A stretch of DNA of 64,000 bases from a virus. Lineage: Duplodnaviria; Caudoviricetes. Positions 8,825 to 18,160 of the stretch are shown here, one piece after another. The position numbers and the translations under genes were made by a program. Location of the stretch: positions 3,499 to 67,498 of IMG/VR virus record IMGVR_UViG_2974513946_000001; one strand, given 5' to 3'. The notes under the pieces were generated by a model. It saw only the letters and a list, made by a program, of their open reading frames with translations. It had not been told where the DNA came from and ran no database searches. The number at the start of each line of letters is the position of its first letter. Position 1 is the stretch's first letter.

Positions 8825-10231
8825 ATGGCAGCGCAAAACAAATTTTACATGCTGAACCCGTACCTAAAAAGGTTCTGGCGAACCCGTTCACGTTACAAGG
8901 TAATTTATGGCGGTCGCGCTTCGGGCAAGTCCCATGACGCGGCTGGCATGGCTGTATATCTGGCCGCGAACTACACGCTGAAATTTCTTTGCGCCCGTCA
9001 GTTCCAGAACCGGATTTCCGAATCTGTCTATGCGTTGATCAAAGACAAAATCGAAAATTCCGAATACAAAGACGATTTCGAAATCCTCAAGACGACCATT
9101 CGTCACAAAAAGACCGGTTCCGAATTTATCTTTCTTGGTATCGCCCGCAACCTTTCCGAAATCAAATCGCTTGAAGGCGTAGACATTCTTTGGTTGGAAG
9201 AGGCCCATTACCTTACGAAAGAACAATGGGAAGTCATCGAACCGACGATTCGTAAAGAGGGGTCTAGTATATGGATCATCTTTAACCCTAACGAACTGGC
9301 CGATTTCGCATACCAAAACTTTGTCCTGAATCCGCCACCGGATACGGTCAAAGTGATGATGAATTTTCCGAACAACCCCTATCTTTCCGAAACGATGATG
9401 CAGGTTATCAGGGCCGCGAAAATGCGTGACCCGGACGGCTTTAACCACATTTATTTGGGCCAGCCAAAGACGGGCGGCGATAAGTCGGTCATTAACCTGA
9501 AATTCATTCTTTCCGCTATTGACGCACACAAGAAGATTCCGGGTTGGGAGAAGACTGGACAGAAGCGAATCGGGTACGACGTGGCCGACGATGGCGACGA
9601 CCTGAACGCCACCTGTTCGACCCACGGCAACATCATCGACGGTCTGGACGAATGGCAGGGTCTAGAAGACAAGCTTCTAGAATCGGCTACGCGGGTCTTC
9701 AACGAAGCCATGATGCGCGGTGCTAACGTCACCTATGACAGTATTGGCGTGGGCGCAGCGGTCGGGAACCAGTTCGTCAACTTGAACAAGGCAGGCCGTG
9801 GCTTTACGCTGGAATACGACGCCTTTAACGCTGGTGGCGCTGTACGCGACCCGAAAGAGCCGTTCATGGTGCTACCACATACCACCATCACCAATGCCGA
9901 CCACTTTTCGAACATCAAGGCGCAGGCATGGCACGAAGTCGCGCAACGTTTCTTCAAGACATACGAAGCCATTGAACTTGGAGTCAAACACCCGATTGAC
10001 GAACTTATCTCAATCGACAAAGACGCCATTAACGACGATGAAAAGCTAAACCGTATGTGCCTTGAACTTTCTTCGCCGCGTAAAGACATTGATATGTCTG
10101 GTCGCTTCAAAGTCGAAAGCAAAAAGGACATGAAAGAGAAGCGCAAGATTAAATCCCCGAACATGGCAGACGCCGTAATCATGGCAGCTATGAAACCCCT
10201 TCGCGCTCCGAAAGGGTTCTTCGATTTTTAA
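8825..10231 (+). CDS. terL: Terminase large subunit (PBSX-type)
   Basis: Walker A GGRASGKS, Walker B WLEEA, nuclease motifs GYDVADDG and SPNMADA. Confidence 0.95.
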   Translation: MAAQNKFYMLNPYLKRFWRTRSRYKVIYGGRASGKSHDAAGMAVYLAANYTLKFLCARQFQNRISESVYALIKDKIENSEYKDDFEILKTTIRHKKTGSEFIFLGIARNLSEIKSLEGVDILWLEEAHYLTKEQWEVIEPTIRKEGSSIWIIFNPNELADFAYQNFVLNPPPDTVKVMMNFPNNPYLSETMMQVIRAAKMRDPDGFNHIYLGQPKTGGDKSVINLKFILSAIDAHKKIPGWEKTGQKRIGYDVADDGDDLNATCSTHGNIIDGLDEWQGLEDKLLESATRVFNEAMMRGANVTYDSIGVGAAVGNQFVNLNKAGRGFTLEYDAFNAGGAVRDPKEPFMVLPHTTITNADHFSNIKAQAWHEVAQRFFKTYEAIELGVKHPIDELISIDKDAINDDEKLNRMCLELSSPRKDIDMSGRFKVESKKDMKEKRKIKSPNMADAVIMAAMKPLRAPKGFFDF

Positions 10232-10235
10232 TCGT

Positions 10236-10319
10236 TCAGTGGGTCGCGGCGAGCAACACCAGACAGGACGCCGCGACCAACACATAAAAGAACATAGCCT
10301 TTGCGATAATCGAACCCAT
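10236..10319 (-). CDS. 27-aa hydrophobic peptide (not in ORF track)
   Basis: MGSIIAKAMFFYVLVAASCLVLLAATH; TGATG overlap with the upstream stop. Confidence 0.55.
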   Translation of the reverse strand: MGSIIAKAMFFYVLVAASCLVLLAATH

Positions 10320-11236
10320 CAGAAATATTTCCCAAGGCAGATAGGGCCAATTCCAAGTTCGATGGAAACGGCGTTGTCCAACTGGCGACCGCAGCAAGAA
10401 CACGACCCGGTTCGTTTGCCGTACAGCTTCGCGGATTCAAGCGGGGTTTGCAGGGCCAAGACGATCTTGTCGGAAATTTCCTGTATCACTTCACGCGAAC
10501 GATAGAACACGCCGCTTGTGATTTTCCCCAGATAGAAACCGTCAGGGGTCTTAACGTACAGGCTCCCGGCGTTCTGGCTATGTGGCGCGGCTTCGTAAAC
10601 AACCATTTCCCCGTCAGTACCGAAAGAAAGGCGCATTTTCGGCTTTTTGATGCCGGTTCCTTTCGCCTTGCTCATTGCAGCGGTTACGCCCTCAATCGAA
10701 ACTTGTCCGTTCTCTTTCGCCTTTTCTGCGATTTCTTCGCGCTCTTTGCGGGCGTTAGCTACAGACTCAATCGTCTTGTAACAGGCCGCTAACTGACGTT
10801 CGGTCAAAGAGCCATAGAACAGGATTGATTCCCGCATAGACATGGCAAACGGATAGGTTCCGCTGTTCTCAATCCAACCCCAAACAGCCGGGTGTTCGGC
10901 CTTGAACGCGTCAACCTTCTGTTGCAGCTTCGTGCGAACACCTTCGGCCTTCTTTGTCCGATTCTTTTCGCGTGCCGCTGGGGAAGACTTGTAGGTAATC
11001 TTTCCTTTACCCTTACATTTGGTGCATTGGGCGTGACCCAGAGAAGACGGGAAACGGTAAGTTCCAGAACCGCCGCACTTTGCGCAGTTCTCGACCCAGA
11101 CTTGTTTTTCTGTCGGAGCCTTCACCGATTTGTTTTTGCTGGCGTCTTCCATGGTTGCCGGAAGGTCTGACGCGACTGGCAAAGTGTCGAAATCGTCGCC
11201 AAGGTCTTCGAAGCCTTTGAACGCTGGTGCTGTCAT
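10319..11236 (-). CDS. DUF6011-like zinc-finger protein
   Basis: N-terminal CxxCxGxG pairs; C-terminal CSCCGRQLDNAVSIELGIGPIC signature. Confidence 0.85.
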   Translation of the reverse strand: MTAPAFKGFEDLGDDFDTLPVASDLPATMEDASKNKSVKAPTEKQVWVENCAKCGGSGTYRFPSSLGHAQCTKCKGKGKITYKSSPAAREKNRTKKAEGVRTKLQQKVDAFKAEHPAVWGWIENSGTYPFAMSMRESILFYGSLTERQLAACYKTIESVANARKEREEIAEKAKENGQVSIEGVTAAMSKAKGTGIKKPKMRLSFGTDGEMVVYEAAPHSQNAGSLYVKTPDGFYLGKITSGVFYRSREVIQEISDKIVLALQTPLESAKLYGKRTGSCSCCGRQLDNAVSIELGIGPICLGKYF

Positions 11237-11275
11237 GTCGATTACTCCGTGAAAGGTAGTGGTTTGTTAAACGCG

Positions 11276-11304
11276 ATTCTAAAGGCGATATTTCACTAGG
11301 TCAA
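11276..11304 (-). promoter_or_regulatory. sigma70-like promoter with AGTGAAATA
   Basis: TTGACC-17bp-TAGAAT. Confidence 0.85.
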
Positions 11305-11403
11305 CACGATTCTGAAAATAATGTTCACTAGGAAGGCAAAAGGAACGGTCATCGCTGGGAGAATGGGCACGGGGAATGCCTGCGCAATGAACATAAAACG
11401 AGA

Positions 11404-11438
11404 AAGGCGCGGCCATATCCTTGGACATGCCGCGCCTT
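11404..11438 (-). terminator. Probable terminator hairpin
   Basis: AAGGCGCGGC/GCCGCGCCTT 10-bp stem right after the stop at 11440. Confidence 0.6.
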
Positions 11439-11439
11439 G

Positions 11440-11706
11440 TTACTTCTGGTGGATTCGACGAATCCTTTCGGCCAAAGGTGGTTCGTATTTTTCCAGCCTA
11501 TCCCGAAGCCTGTAGTTTTCTTCGTACAGTTCTTTGTTCCTTACGGCGTGGCGTTTAAGGTCAGATGCCAGCCGGTTGGCGTCACCTTGCGACAACTCCA
11601 AAAGGTCTTTAATCAGCTTGTACGAAGCTTCGGACACACACGGTTCGCTGTTGTCGCCGGGGTGCCCGTTGTGGATTCGTACCGCGTAGAAAACGGCTGT
11701 CTTCAT
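11440..11706 (-). CDS. Small hypothetical protein
   Basis: Start refined to 11706 (ATGA overlap); C-terminal coiled-coil tendency. Confidence 0.7.
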   Translation of the reverse strand: MKTAVFYAVRIHNGHPGDNSEPCVSEASYKLIKDLLELSQGDANRLASDLKRHAVRNKELYEENYRLRDRLEKYEPPLAERIRRIHQK

Positions 11707-12062
11707 TTGCGCACACACACCAGCGAAAAGGTGTAGCCATCCGAAATGATATCGAACATGTCTTTATAAGGCAGGTAGTTTGCCCGGTACACCGCGCCGT
11801 CAGCGGTTCCGATGTAGCCGCCTGTTCTTGGGTCGCGGCTCATTACCGGCGACATGAAAGAGTAATGGCGAACGGGGTCGATGATCATGAATTGGTTCGG
11901 TGCGTGTTCGCCCGAATAAGCTTTGAAAGGGGCGACCGCGCCGGTGTGGTTGTTGGTTGCGGTGCCGGTGCAAGATTGGGCGTCACCGAAGTGGGCTTGT
12001 GACGAAGCGAACGCCGAACCAGCGGACATAATCAGGGCGATTGCAGCAATATACTTTTTCAT
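11703..12062 (-). CDS. Exported hypothetical protein
   Basis: Start refined to MKKYIAAIALIMSAGSAFA (signal peptide, AFA cleavage site), GGAAGG RBS. Confidence 0.8.
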   Translation of the reverse strand: MKKYIAAIALIMSAGSAFASSQAHFGDAQSCTGTATNNHTGAVAPFKAYSGEHAPNQFMIIDPVRHYSFMSPVMSRDPRTGGYIGTADGAVYRANYLPYKDMFDIISDGYTFSLVCVRK

Positions 12063-12099
12063 TTTTGAAACCTTCCATTTGTTCTTTGGGGGTTTTGGA

Positions 12100-12303
12100 T
12101 CAGTTCGAAGGGCGTTTGATTTCTGCGCACTCAAGCCGCGAATCTGCGTCACCGAAAGCCTGTTTCCCGGATAGCGACCATTCGCAATCCGCCTTACTTT
12201 CGTATACAGTAGCGGGTGTTTCGTAGGCGCTTACATCGCAGTTGTATTCAGACCCGTGACAGGTCAAAACCGCGATCATCCATCCGATTGCTTGAAGGTG
12301 CAT
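12100..12303 (-). CDS. Small Cys-containing protein (DUF1482/YebW-like)
   Basis: Hydrophobic N-terminus then C-x6-C...YES-x2-DC pattern; start refined to 12303 behind a CACCCCAAACGGAG leader. Family call tentative. Confidence 0.6.
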   Translation of the reverse strand: MHLQAIGWMIAVLTCHGSEYNCDVSAYETPATVYESKADCEWSLSGKQAFGDADSRLECAEIKRPSN

Positions 12304-12331
12304 TTTTGGGAACTCCGTTTGGGGTGACGCA

Positions 12332-12360
12332 AAGATATGCGAACGACGATAAGTTGGCAA
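12332..12360 (-). promoter_or_regulatory. sigma70-like promoter
   Basis: TTGCCA-17bp-TATCTT, with near-copy AATGAAATA upstream; divergent from the portal gene. Confidence 0.6.
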
Positions 12361-12411
12361 GCCGTTTTCGAAAATATTTCATTCATCCTCATATCGACGG
12401 ATACCGACACA

Positions 12412-14742
12412 ATGCGAATCTTACCCTTTGGCCGCAAGAAAGACCGCCAAGAAGCCGAAAAGAAGGCGAGCGAACAGGCCATCCAGCTACGCGGCGAATT
12501 CGACCCGCTGGATACCCGTTCACGCTCTGTTTCCAGTCGCGGCGAAGACTGGCCGGAAGACAAGGAAGACAAAGGGCCGACCCTTCTTACGGTCGATAAC
12601 TTCCCGGTCTACCACAAGCCAAAGGAAATCGGCGGAAAGGGTACGTTCTCCCGTGGCGTTGCGATGGACGAAGCTTCGTATAAGTCCCTAGCGCTTGATG
12701 ACGCAGAAACCGGCGCGGGTAGCCTCAAGGCCAGCGCCATGTCTAACTACCAAGTCCCGGAAGCGCTGCAACAGTGGTACAACTCCCAAGGCTTTATCGG
12801 CTATCAGGCGTGCGCCCTGATCGCGCAACACTGGCTTGTTGATAAAGCCTGTTCCATGGCCCCGAACGACGCAGTTCGAAACGGTTGGGAACTTAAAGCT
12901 GATGGCGTAGACCTTGACGAAGAAACCGTGAAGGCGTTTCGCGAACTCGACAAGTCTATGAAGGTCAAAGAAAACCTTGCGGAACTTGCCCGGTTCAAGA
13001 ACATTTTCGGCATTCGTATTGCGATTTTTGAAGTCGAGTCCGACGACCCGGACTATTACGAAAAGCCGTTCAACATCGACGGAGTTACCGAAGGTTCGTA
13101 CAAGGGTATTTCGCAGATTGACCCGTATTGGATGACGCCGCTAATGACAGCCGCGTCAACTTCTAACCCCGCTGCGATCAACTTTTACGACCCAGAGTAT
13201 TGGGTGATTTCGGGCAAGAAGTACCACCGGTCGCACCTTGTCATTTGTCGCGGCCCGCAACCCGCCGACATTCTCAAGCCGACTTATATTTTCGGCGGTA
13301 TTCCGCTGACCCAGCGCATTTACGAACGCGTGTACGCCGCTGAACGTACCGCCAACGAAGCGCCATTGCTCGCCCTGAATAAGCGCACAACTGCCATTCA
13401 CTTGGACGTTGAAAAGGCGATGGCAAACGAAGGCAACTTCGTTAAGCGTCTTCTGTTCTGGGTTAAACACCGGGATAACTACGGCGTTAAGGTTCTGGGC
13501 AAAGATGAAGTTATGGAACAGTTCGACACGAACTTGGCCGACTTCGATTCTGTCATTATGAACCAATACCAACTTGTCGCGGCCATCGCCAAGACCCCGG
13601 CAACCAAAATGCTTGGCACTTCGCCGAAAGGTTTCAACGCAACGGGCGAGTTCGAAACTGTTTCGTATCACGAAGAGTTAGAGAGTATCCAAGAACACGA
13701 CTATGACCCGATGCTAGAGCGTCATTACCTGATCGCGAATAAGCACTTGGGCTATAACGTGTCGCTTGAAATCGTATGGCAACCGGTAGATTCCATCGGT
13801 GCAGTTCAACGCGCCGCCCTGAACTTGACGAAAGCGCAGACCGACGAAATCAACGTTAACTTGGGCGCTGTATCGCCTGACGATGTTCGCGAACGCATCA
13901 AGGAAGACCGTCACAGTTCTTACAATTCCCTGACTGACGAGAAAGCATCGCCAGAAATGGGCATGTCCCCGGAAAACTTGGCCGCGTTGGAGAAGGCCGG
14001 GGCCGAACAGAAAAAGGGTGACGCTGATCTAACCCAAGCTGGCGACCCACAAGGCCCGCAAGCCCAGACCGAACCAGATGCACCCGGCAGCACGCAAAAG
14101 CCTGCATTGGCCCCAGCGGAAGCCCCAGCCAAGCCACAACAGGCCAACCCGCTGGCCGCTACCGTCGAACAGGTTCAGCAGGCTATCGAAGCGGTTTCCG
14201 ATGCTCTGATGCCCGAAGGTGAATCGGACGGTTTCGACGCTCTGTCGGGTATTCAACGCACCGTCAAACCAAGCGTGACAGGCATTGACGCAACAGTCGG
14301 CGGCATTCACAACGTTATCCCGCAAATGCCAGAATCCGACATGCCAAAAATCAAGTTGAACGGCATTGTTACTTGCATTGAAAACCCACGCGGAACCGTG
14401 CGCCGTGGCAAGAATGGTGATTGGGCTATCAAAATGCCGCACCACTACGGCTACGTTAAAGGAACTCAAGGCGCGGACGGTGACGCGGTAGACTGCTTTG
14501 TCGGCCCTAACTTGAAGTCGAAAAACGTCTATGTTGTAAACCAACTGAAACAAGACGGTTCGTTCGACGAACACAAGTGCATGATGGGCTTTGATAGCCA
14601 AGAAGAGGCCGAAGCCGGTTACAACGCTTCTTACTCCGAAGGCTGGACGGGCAAAGGGCCAGTAACGGCTATGAACATTAACGACTTCCGCCGTTGGGTT
14701 CGCAGTCCGAAAGCAACTAAACCAACAGTGGACGGCCTGTAA
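12412..14742 (+). CDS. Portal protein (DUF1073-like) fused to a C-terminal inorganic pyrophosphatase-like domain
   Basis: Position after terL; portal-type core, then a P/A/Q-rich linker, then IENPRG...YGYVKGT.GADGDAVDCFVG...FDEHKCMMGF; start refined to 12412. Confidence 0.85.
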   Translation: MRILPFGRKKDRQEAEKKASEQAIQLRGEFDPLDTRSRSVSSRGEDWPEDKEDKGPTLLTVDNFPVYHKPKEIGGKGTFSRGVAMDEASYKSLALDDAETGAGSLKASAMSNYQVPEALQQWYNSQGFIGYQACALIAQHWLVDKACSMAPNDAVRNGWELKADGVDLDEETVKAFRELDKSMKVKENLAELARFKNIFGIRIAIFEVESDDPDYYEKPFNIDGVTEGSYKGISQIDPYWMTPLMTAASTSNPAAINFYDPEYWVISGKKYHRSHLVICRGPQPADILKPTYIFGGIPLTQRIYERVYAAERTANEAPLLALNKRTTAIHLDVEKAMANEGNFVKRLLFWVKHRDNYGVKVLGKDEVMEQFDTNLADFDSVIMNQYQLVAAIAKTPATKMLGTSPKGFNATGEFETVSYHEELESIQEHDYDPMLERHYLIANKHLGYNVSLEIVWQPVDSIGAVQRAALNLTKAQTDEINVNLGAVSPDDVRERIKEDRHSSYNSLTDEKASPEMGMSPENLAALEKAGAEQKKGDADLTQAGDPQGPQAQTEPDAPGSTQKPALAPAEAPAKPQQANPLAATVEQVQQAIEAVSDALMPEGESDGFDALSGIQRTVKPSVTGIDATVGGIHNVIPQMPESDMPKIKLNGIVTCIENPRGTVRRGKNGDWAIKMPHHYGYVKGTQGADGDAVDCFVGPNLKSKNVYVVNQLKQDGSFDEHKCMMGFDSQEEAEAGYNASYSEGWTGKGPVTAMNINDFRRWVRSPKATKPTVDGL

Positions 14743-15602
14743 TGGCCGTTTTTAAAGCTTCCAAGGAACGCAAAAGGAAATCCCCTGACCCGGTGGGTCG
14801 GGGGAAGCCCATTATTCCCTCCGTGGCTATTGAGGGGGTTTATTCCCGGAAGATGAACCAACTAGCCAATTCAATGCGCGCAGACTATCGGGAGAAGTTG
14901 CACGAAGTCATGCGCGAAAAGATGGTCAAGGAACACTATGCAAAGGACGCATCTGTAACTTCCGCTTTCACTTCAACTCTGAAAGGTTTGAAAACCCGTT
15001 GGTCTTCGATCTTTGAAGGGTTCGCCAGAGTTATGGCCCCGGAATTTGTGGAAGACGCGGCAAAGGCTGCAAGTGATACAACGCTGTTTAGTTTGCGGGC
15101 GGCTGGTTTGAAGCAACCACGGGCCGAATATAACGAGTCCATTTCAAACCTTTTGCAGTCGTCGAAAGACTACAACCACACTCTAATCACCGGTCTTTGT
15201 GAAGAGGCGCACGAAAAGGTATACAGCGCCGTTATGCTTTCGTTAACATCGCCTGACCCAGCCCAACAGGGTATGTCGGGGATTCGGAACGCGCTTACAG
15301 AAATGGGCGTGTTTACAGAAAACCGAATCAAGCTGATTACCAAAGACCAAACGTCTAAAGTTTATTCGGCTGTTAGTACAAGCCGGATGAAAGAAAACGG
15401 CGTTACTAAGTTCGAATGGTTGCACACTAGCGCCGGGAAAGTTCCGCGACACTCACATGTTGAGAAAGACGGCGTAGTTTTCGACATTGACGATAAACGT
15501 TTGTGGGAAGGCCCGAAAGCCGACCAAGGGCCACCGGGTTGGGCAATTAACTGTCGTTGTCGTGCTGTTCCAATCATTGGTTGGATGGAAGACGACGATT
15601 GA
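14742..15602 (+). CDS. Head morphogenesis protein (MuF/SPP1 gp7)
   Basis: FEWLHTSAGKVPRHSH...DG...PPGWAINCRC motif; follows the portal. Confidence 0.9.
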   Translation: MAVFKASKERKRKSPDPVGRGKPIIPSVAIEGVYSRKMNQLANSMRADYREKLHEVMREKMVKEHYAKDASVTSAFTSTLKGLKTRWSSIFEGFARVMAPEFVEDAAKAASDTTLFSLRAAGLKQPRAEYNESISNLLQSSKDYNHTLITGLCEEAHEKVYSAVMLSLTSPDPAQQGMSGIRNALTEMGVFTENRIKLITKDQTSKVYSAVSTSRMKENGVTKFEWLHTSAGKVPRHSHVEKDGVVFDIDDKRLWEGPKADQGPPGWAINCRCRAVPIIGWMEDDD

Positions 15603-15696
15603 TGCGGGTTCCCAAGGACGGGAAGTTTTAACTAATCGGAATTGAACTTATTGAAGTTTCCAGTTTCAAAACATAAACCCAACCGGAATAACCGCC

Positions 15697-15831
15697 ATGA
15701 CCGCTCAAGCTATCAAATCGACATTGATTCAATCGACGGAAAGTTACTTGAATTCGACTGTTTTAGGGATAAAGTTTTGCTTTGTCGATTTGGTGTTGTT
15801 CGTTGCGTGCCTTGTGTACGTTGTTGCCTAA
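15697..15831 (+). CDS. 44-aa C-terminally anchored membrane peptide (not in ORF track)
   Basis: MTAQAIKSTLIQSTESYLNSTVLGIKFCFVDLVLFVACLVYVVA; GGAA RBS; followed by a GCGCGGCA/TGCCGCGC hairpin. Confidence 0.55.
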   Translation: MTAQAIKSTLIQSTESYLNSTVLGIKFCFVDLVLFVACLVYVVA

Positions 15832-15923
15832 GTTGGCGCGGCAGTTTCGTTAATGGGATTGCCGCGCAACTTTTCGACAAGTTAGGAAGTTGCATATTTA
15901 TTTCGAAAGTTGCTTTTAAACAC

Positions 15924-15952
15924 TCGACACGATTAAAACCGAACCATATAAT
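15924..15952 (+). promoter_or_regulatory. sigma70-like promoter of head genes
   Basis: TCGACA-17bp-TATAAT. Confidence 0.75.
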
Positions 15953-15984
15953 GGCCGGAACAGACACAAACGGTATTAGTTCCA

Positions 15985-17463
15985 ATGGCTTCGGCACGCG
16001 AAATTGACGATAACGGGTTTCTTCTAGTTAAAGATTGTCCTTTGACTAGCTTCGGTATCTTCGAATACGGCGCCGGTCAACTGGACTTGCCGGGCGACCC
16101 TATGCGGATCGTCAAAGTTTACCGCCCAGAGTCCGCAGTTTCCGACCCCGCGTTCTTAGCAAGCCTGCGCAACATTCCGATGATCGACGATCACGCTATG
16201 TTGTCTGGTTTCCAGAATGACGAAGAATCGGACGCGCCGGAAGATAAGGGCGTTGACGGTATCTTAACTGGCGACGTTGAATACGCCGCTCCGTGGACAC
16301 GGGGTAGCATCAAAGTATTCTCCCGGAAAATGCAACAACTGTTGTTGCGCGGCAAAAAGGATTTGTCGTTGGGTTACGGTTGCCGTTATACCGAAAAGCC
16401 GGGCGTCTGGGAGGGGCAAGCTTACGAAGTTGTTCAGGATCAGTTGCGCGGCAATCATATCGCTTTAGTCGGCGAAGGTCGCGTGCCCGGTGCGCGTGTC
16501 CTTGATGGTCTTTGCTTCGATCATCTGAACTTTGAAATCAACCCACGCAAAAAGGGAAACGACACCATGCCACGTCAAACACGCGGGCGCGCTGCCGACA
16601 GTTCCGCCGTTGCCGAACTTCAAAAGCTGTTGCCACTGTTGGCCCAAGCTTTCGGCAACTTTCTGAATGAAGAAAAGGCCGAACCAGAACACGACGCCAA
16701 TGCAGAACAGACCGACCCGGATATTTCGGCGCAGTCTGAAAACCAAGCCGACCCGGAACAATCCGCTGATCCAGCCACGACCGCTGACCCAGCAGTCACG
16801 GAAGACCCGGAAGTTTCGCAAGGCAATGAGCAAGGCGACGAAAACGTGACCGACGACGAAAACAAGTCGGACGCGGAAAAACACGAAGCAACCGGCGAAC
16901 TTCAACACGAAGCAACCGGCGATATCGGCGACATGATTAAGCAAGTCGAAGCGATCCTGTTGCAAATCAAAAAGGCCACGGGTCAAGGGGCCACCGATGC
17001 AGTCGAAGGGCTTCAAGAATCGCCGGTCGAAGGCGCGCAAGTACAAGCGGTATCGTGCGACGAAAACGGCGACCCGATGCAAGCCGACGACGAACTCGAC
17101 AACGACCAGTTGCCAGCATCCGACGACCAGACCGTCGAAATCGCAGGAAAGGGCGAAGACGCTGCGCTTAGCCGTTTCTATGCTGATTTGGCTCGTAAGG
17201 ATCGCACTTACAACCGGGTTAGTGCCGTGGTTGGCGCATTCAATGCACGCGGCATGGACGCGGCTGGTGTCGCTGTTTACGGGCTGAAAAAGTTCGGCCT
17301 GACCGCTGCCAAAGGCAACGAACAGGCTGTACTTGACGCTTACCTTCACGGCGTCGAAAACGGTCTGAAAAAGACCAGTCAAAAACCTGCAAACACTGCA
17401 ATGGACGCCGCCAGCAAGGGCGCGACTGACGCAATGGATGCTTACCTGAACGGTGGGAAATAA
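15985..17463 (+). CDS. Prohead protease/scaffold (DUF2213-like)
   Basis: N-terminal S-x-REIDDNGFL...LSLGY...GNHIALV..GR domain; long acidic scaffold-like C-terminus. Confidence 0.85.
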   Translation: MASAREIDDNGFLLVKDCPLTSFGIFEYGAGQLDLPGDPMRIVKVYRPESAVSDPAFLASLRNIPMIDDHAMLSGFQNDEESDAPEDKGVDGILTGDVEYAAPWTRGSIKVFSRKMQQLLLRGKKDLSLGYGCRYTEKPGVWEGQAYEVVQDQLRGNHIALVGEGRVPGARVLDGLCFDHLNFEINPRKKGNDTMPRQTRGRAADSSAVAELQKLLPLLAQAFGNFLNEEKAEPEHDANAEQTDPDISAQSENQADPEQSADPATTADPAVTEDPEVSQGNEQGDENVTDDENKSDAEKHEATGELQHEATGDIGDMIKQVEAILLQIKKATGQGATDAVEGLQESPVEGAQVQAVSCDENGDPMQADDELDNDQLPASDDQTVEIAGKGEDAALSRFYADLARKDRTYNRVSAVVGAFNARGMDAAGVAVYGLKKFGLTAAKGNEQAVLDAYLHGVENGLKKTSQKPANTAMDAASKGATDAMDAYLNGGK

Positions 17464-17465
17464 CC

Positions 17466-18086
17466 ATGCCTTTTCAACAAGTTGTAAACCGTGCGTACAC
17501 CACCGGTTTCGTCGGTGAGTTCGTCCGCATTGGCCCGAAACGCGTCCGTGTTGGTCGCATCATTGCGAACGTACAGAACGCACCGAACCGCATCGGTCGC
17601 GCTGTCGGCTACGTTAGCGACCTGTCTGTCGTTGGTTCCGCTGGTTCTCACACTCTGGCCGCTGATTCTGACGCCTTCCGCGTTGGCGACCCGATCTTCG
17701 CCGGCCTGATGATTCACCCGAAACACTACGCTCTGTCTGGTGTTGCCGGTGATTCTCTGGCCCCGTCCCTGAACCTGCCGAACGGTTCCGAAGTCGAAGT
17801 CGCCTACATGGCTACGGGTCTGGTCGTCGAACTGGTCAACCACACCACCGCAGAAATCGACGCCAAATTCGGTTGGGCTTTGGCCTACGTTTCCAGCGCC
17901 ACCACCGCCGTGCAAAACCCGGTCGGCCTGGATATCGGCACCCTGATTGTGTATGACCCTTCTGGCGCTGTTCCAGACGGTTATGTCGCTATCCCGAATT
18001 CCCGCATTACCAACGCGGTGACTATCGGCGCATCGGCTGTCGGCGCAATCATCGGCGCTACCACCATCGTAGACCTGACCCAATAA
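17466..18086 (+). CDS. Head decoration/cement protein
   Basis: MPFQQVVNR...G..GEF start, beta-rich, between scaffold and major capsid. Confidence 0.75.
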   Translation: MPFQQVVNRAYTTGFVGEFVRIGPKRVRVGRIIANVQNAPNRIGRAVGYVSDLSVVGSAGSHTLAADSDAFRVGDPIFAGLMIHPKHYALSGVAGDSLAPSLNLPNGSEVEVAYMATGLVVELVNHTTAEIDAKFGWALAYVSSATTAVQNPVGLDIGTLIVYDPSGAVPDGYVAIPNSRITNAVTIGASAVGAIIGATTIVDLTQ

Positions 18087-18160
18087 GGGTTGGTAATCGA
18101 AATCCTAGCCCTAATAAGGGTTAGGTTTCACCGAAAAGAATTCAGTTAGGAGATTCACGC

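Noticed and set aside
12412-14000. Anti-CBASS Acb1 label sometimes attached to DUF1073 proteins
   Set aside because: Position and size indicate a portal; I see no 2H-phosphoesterase motif pair.
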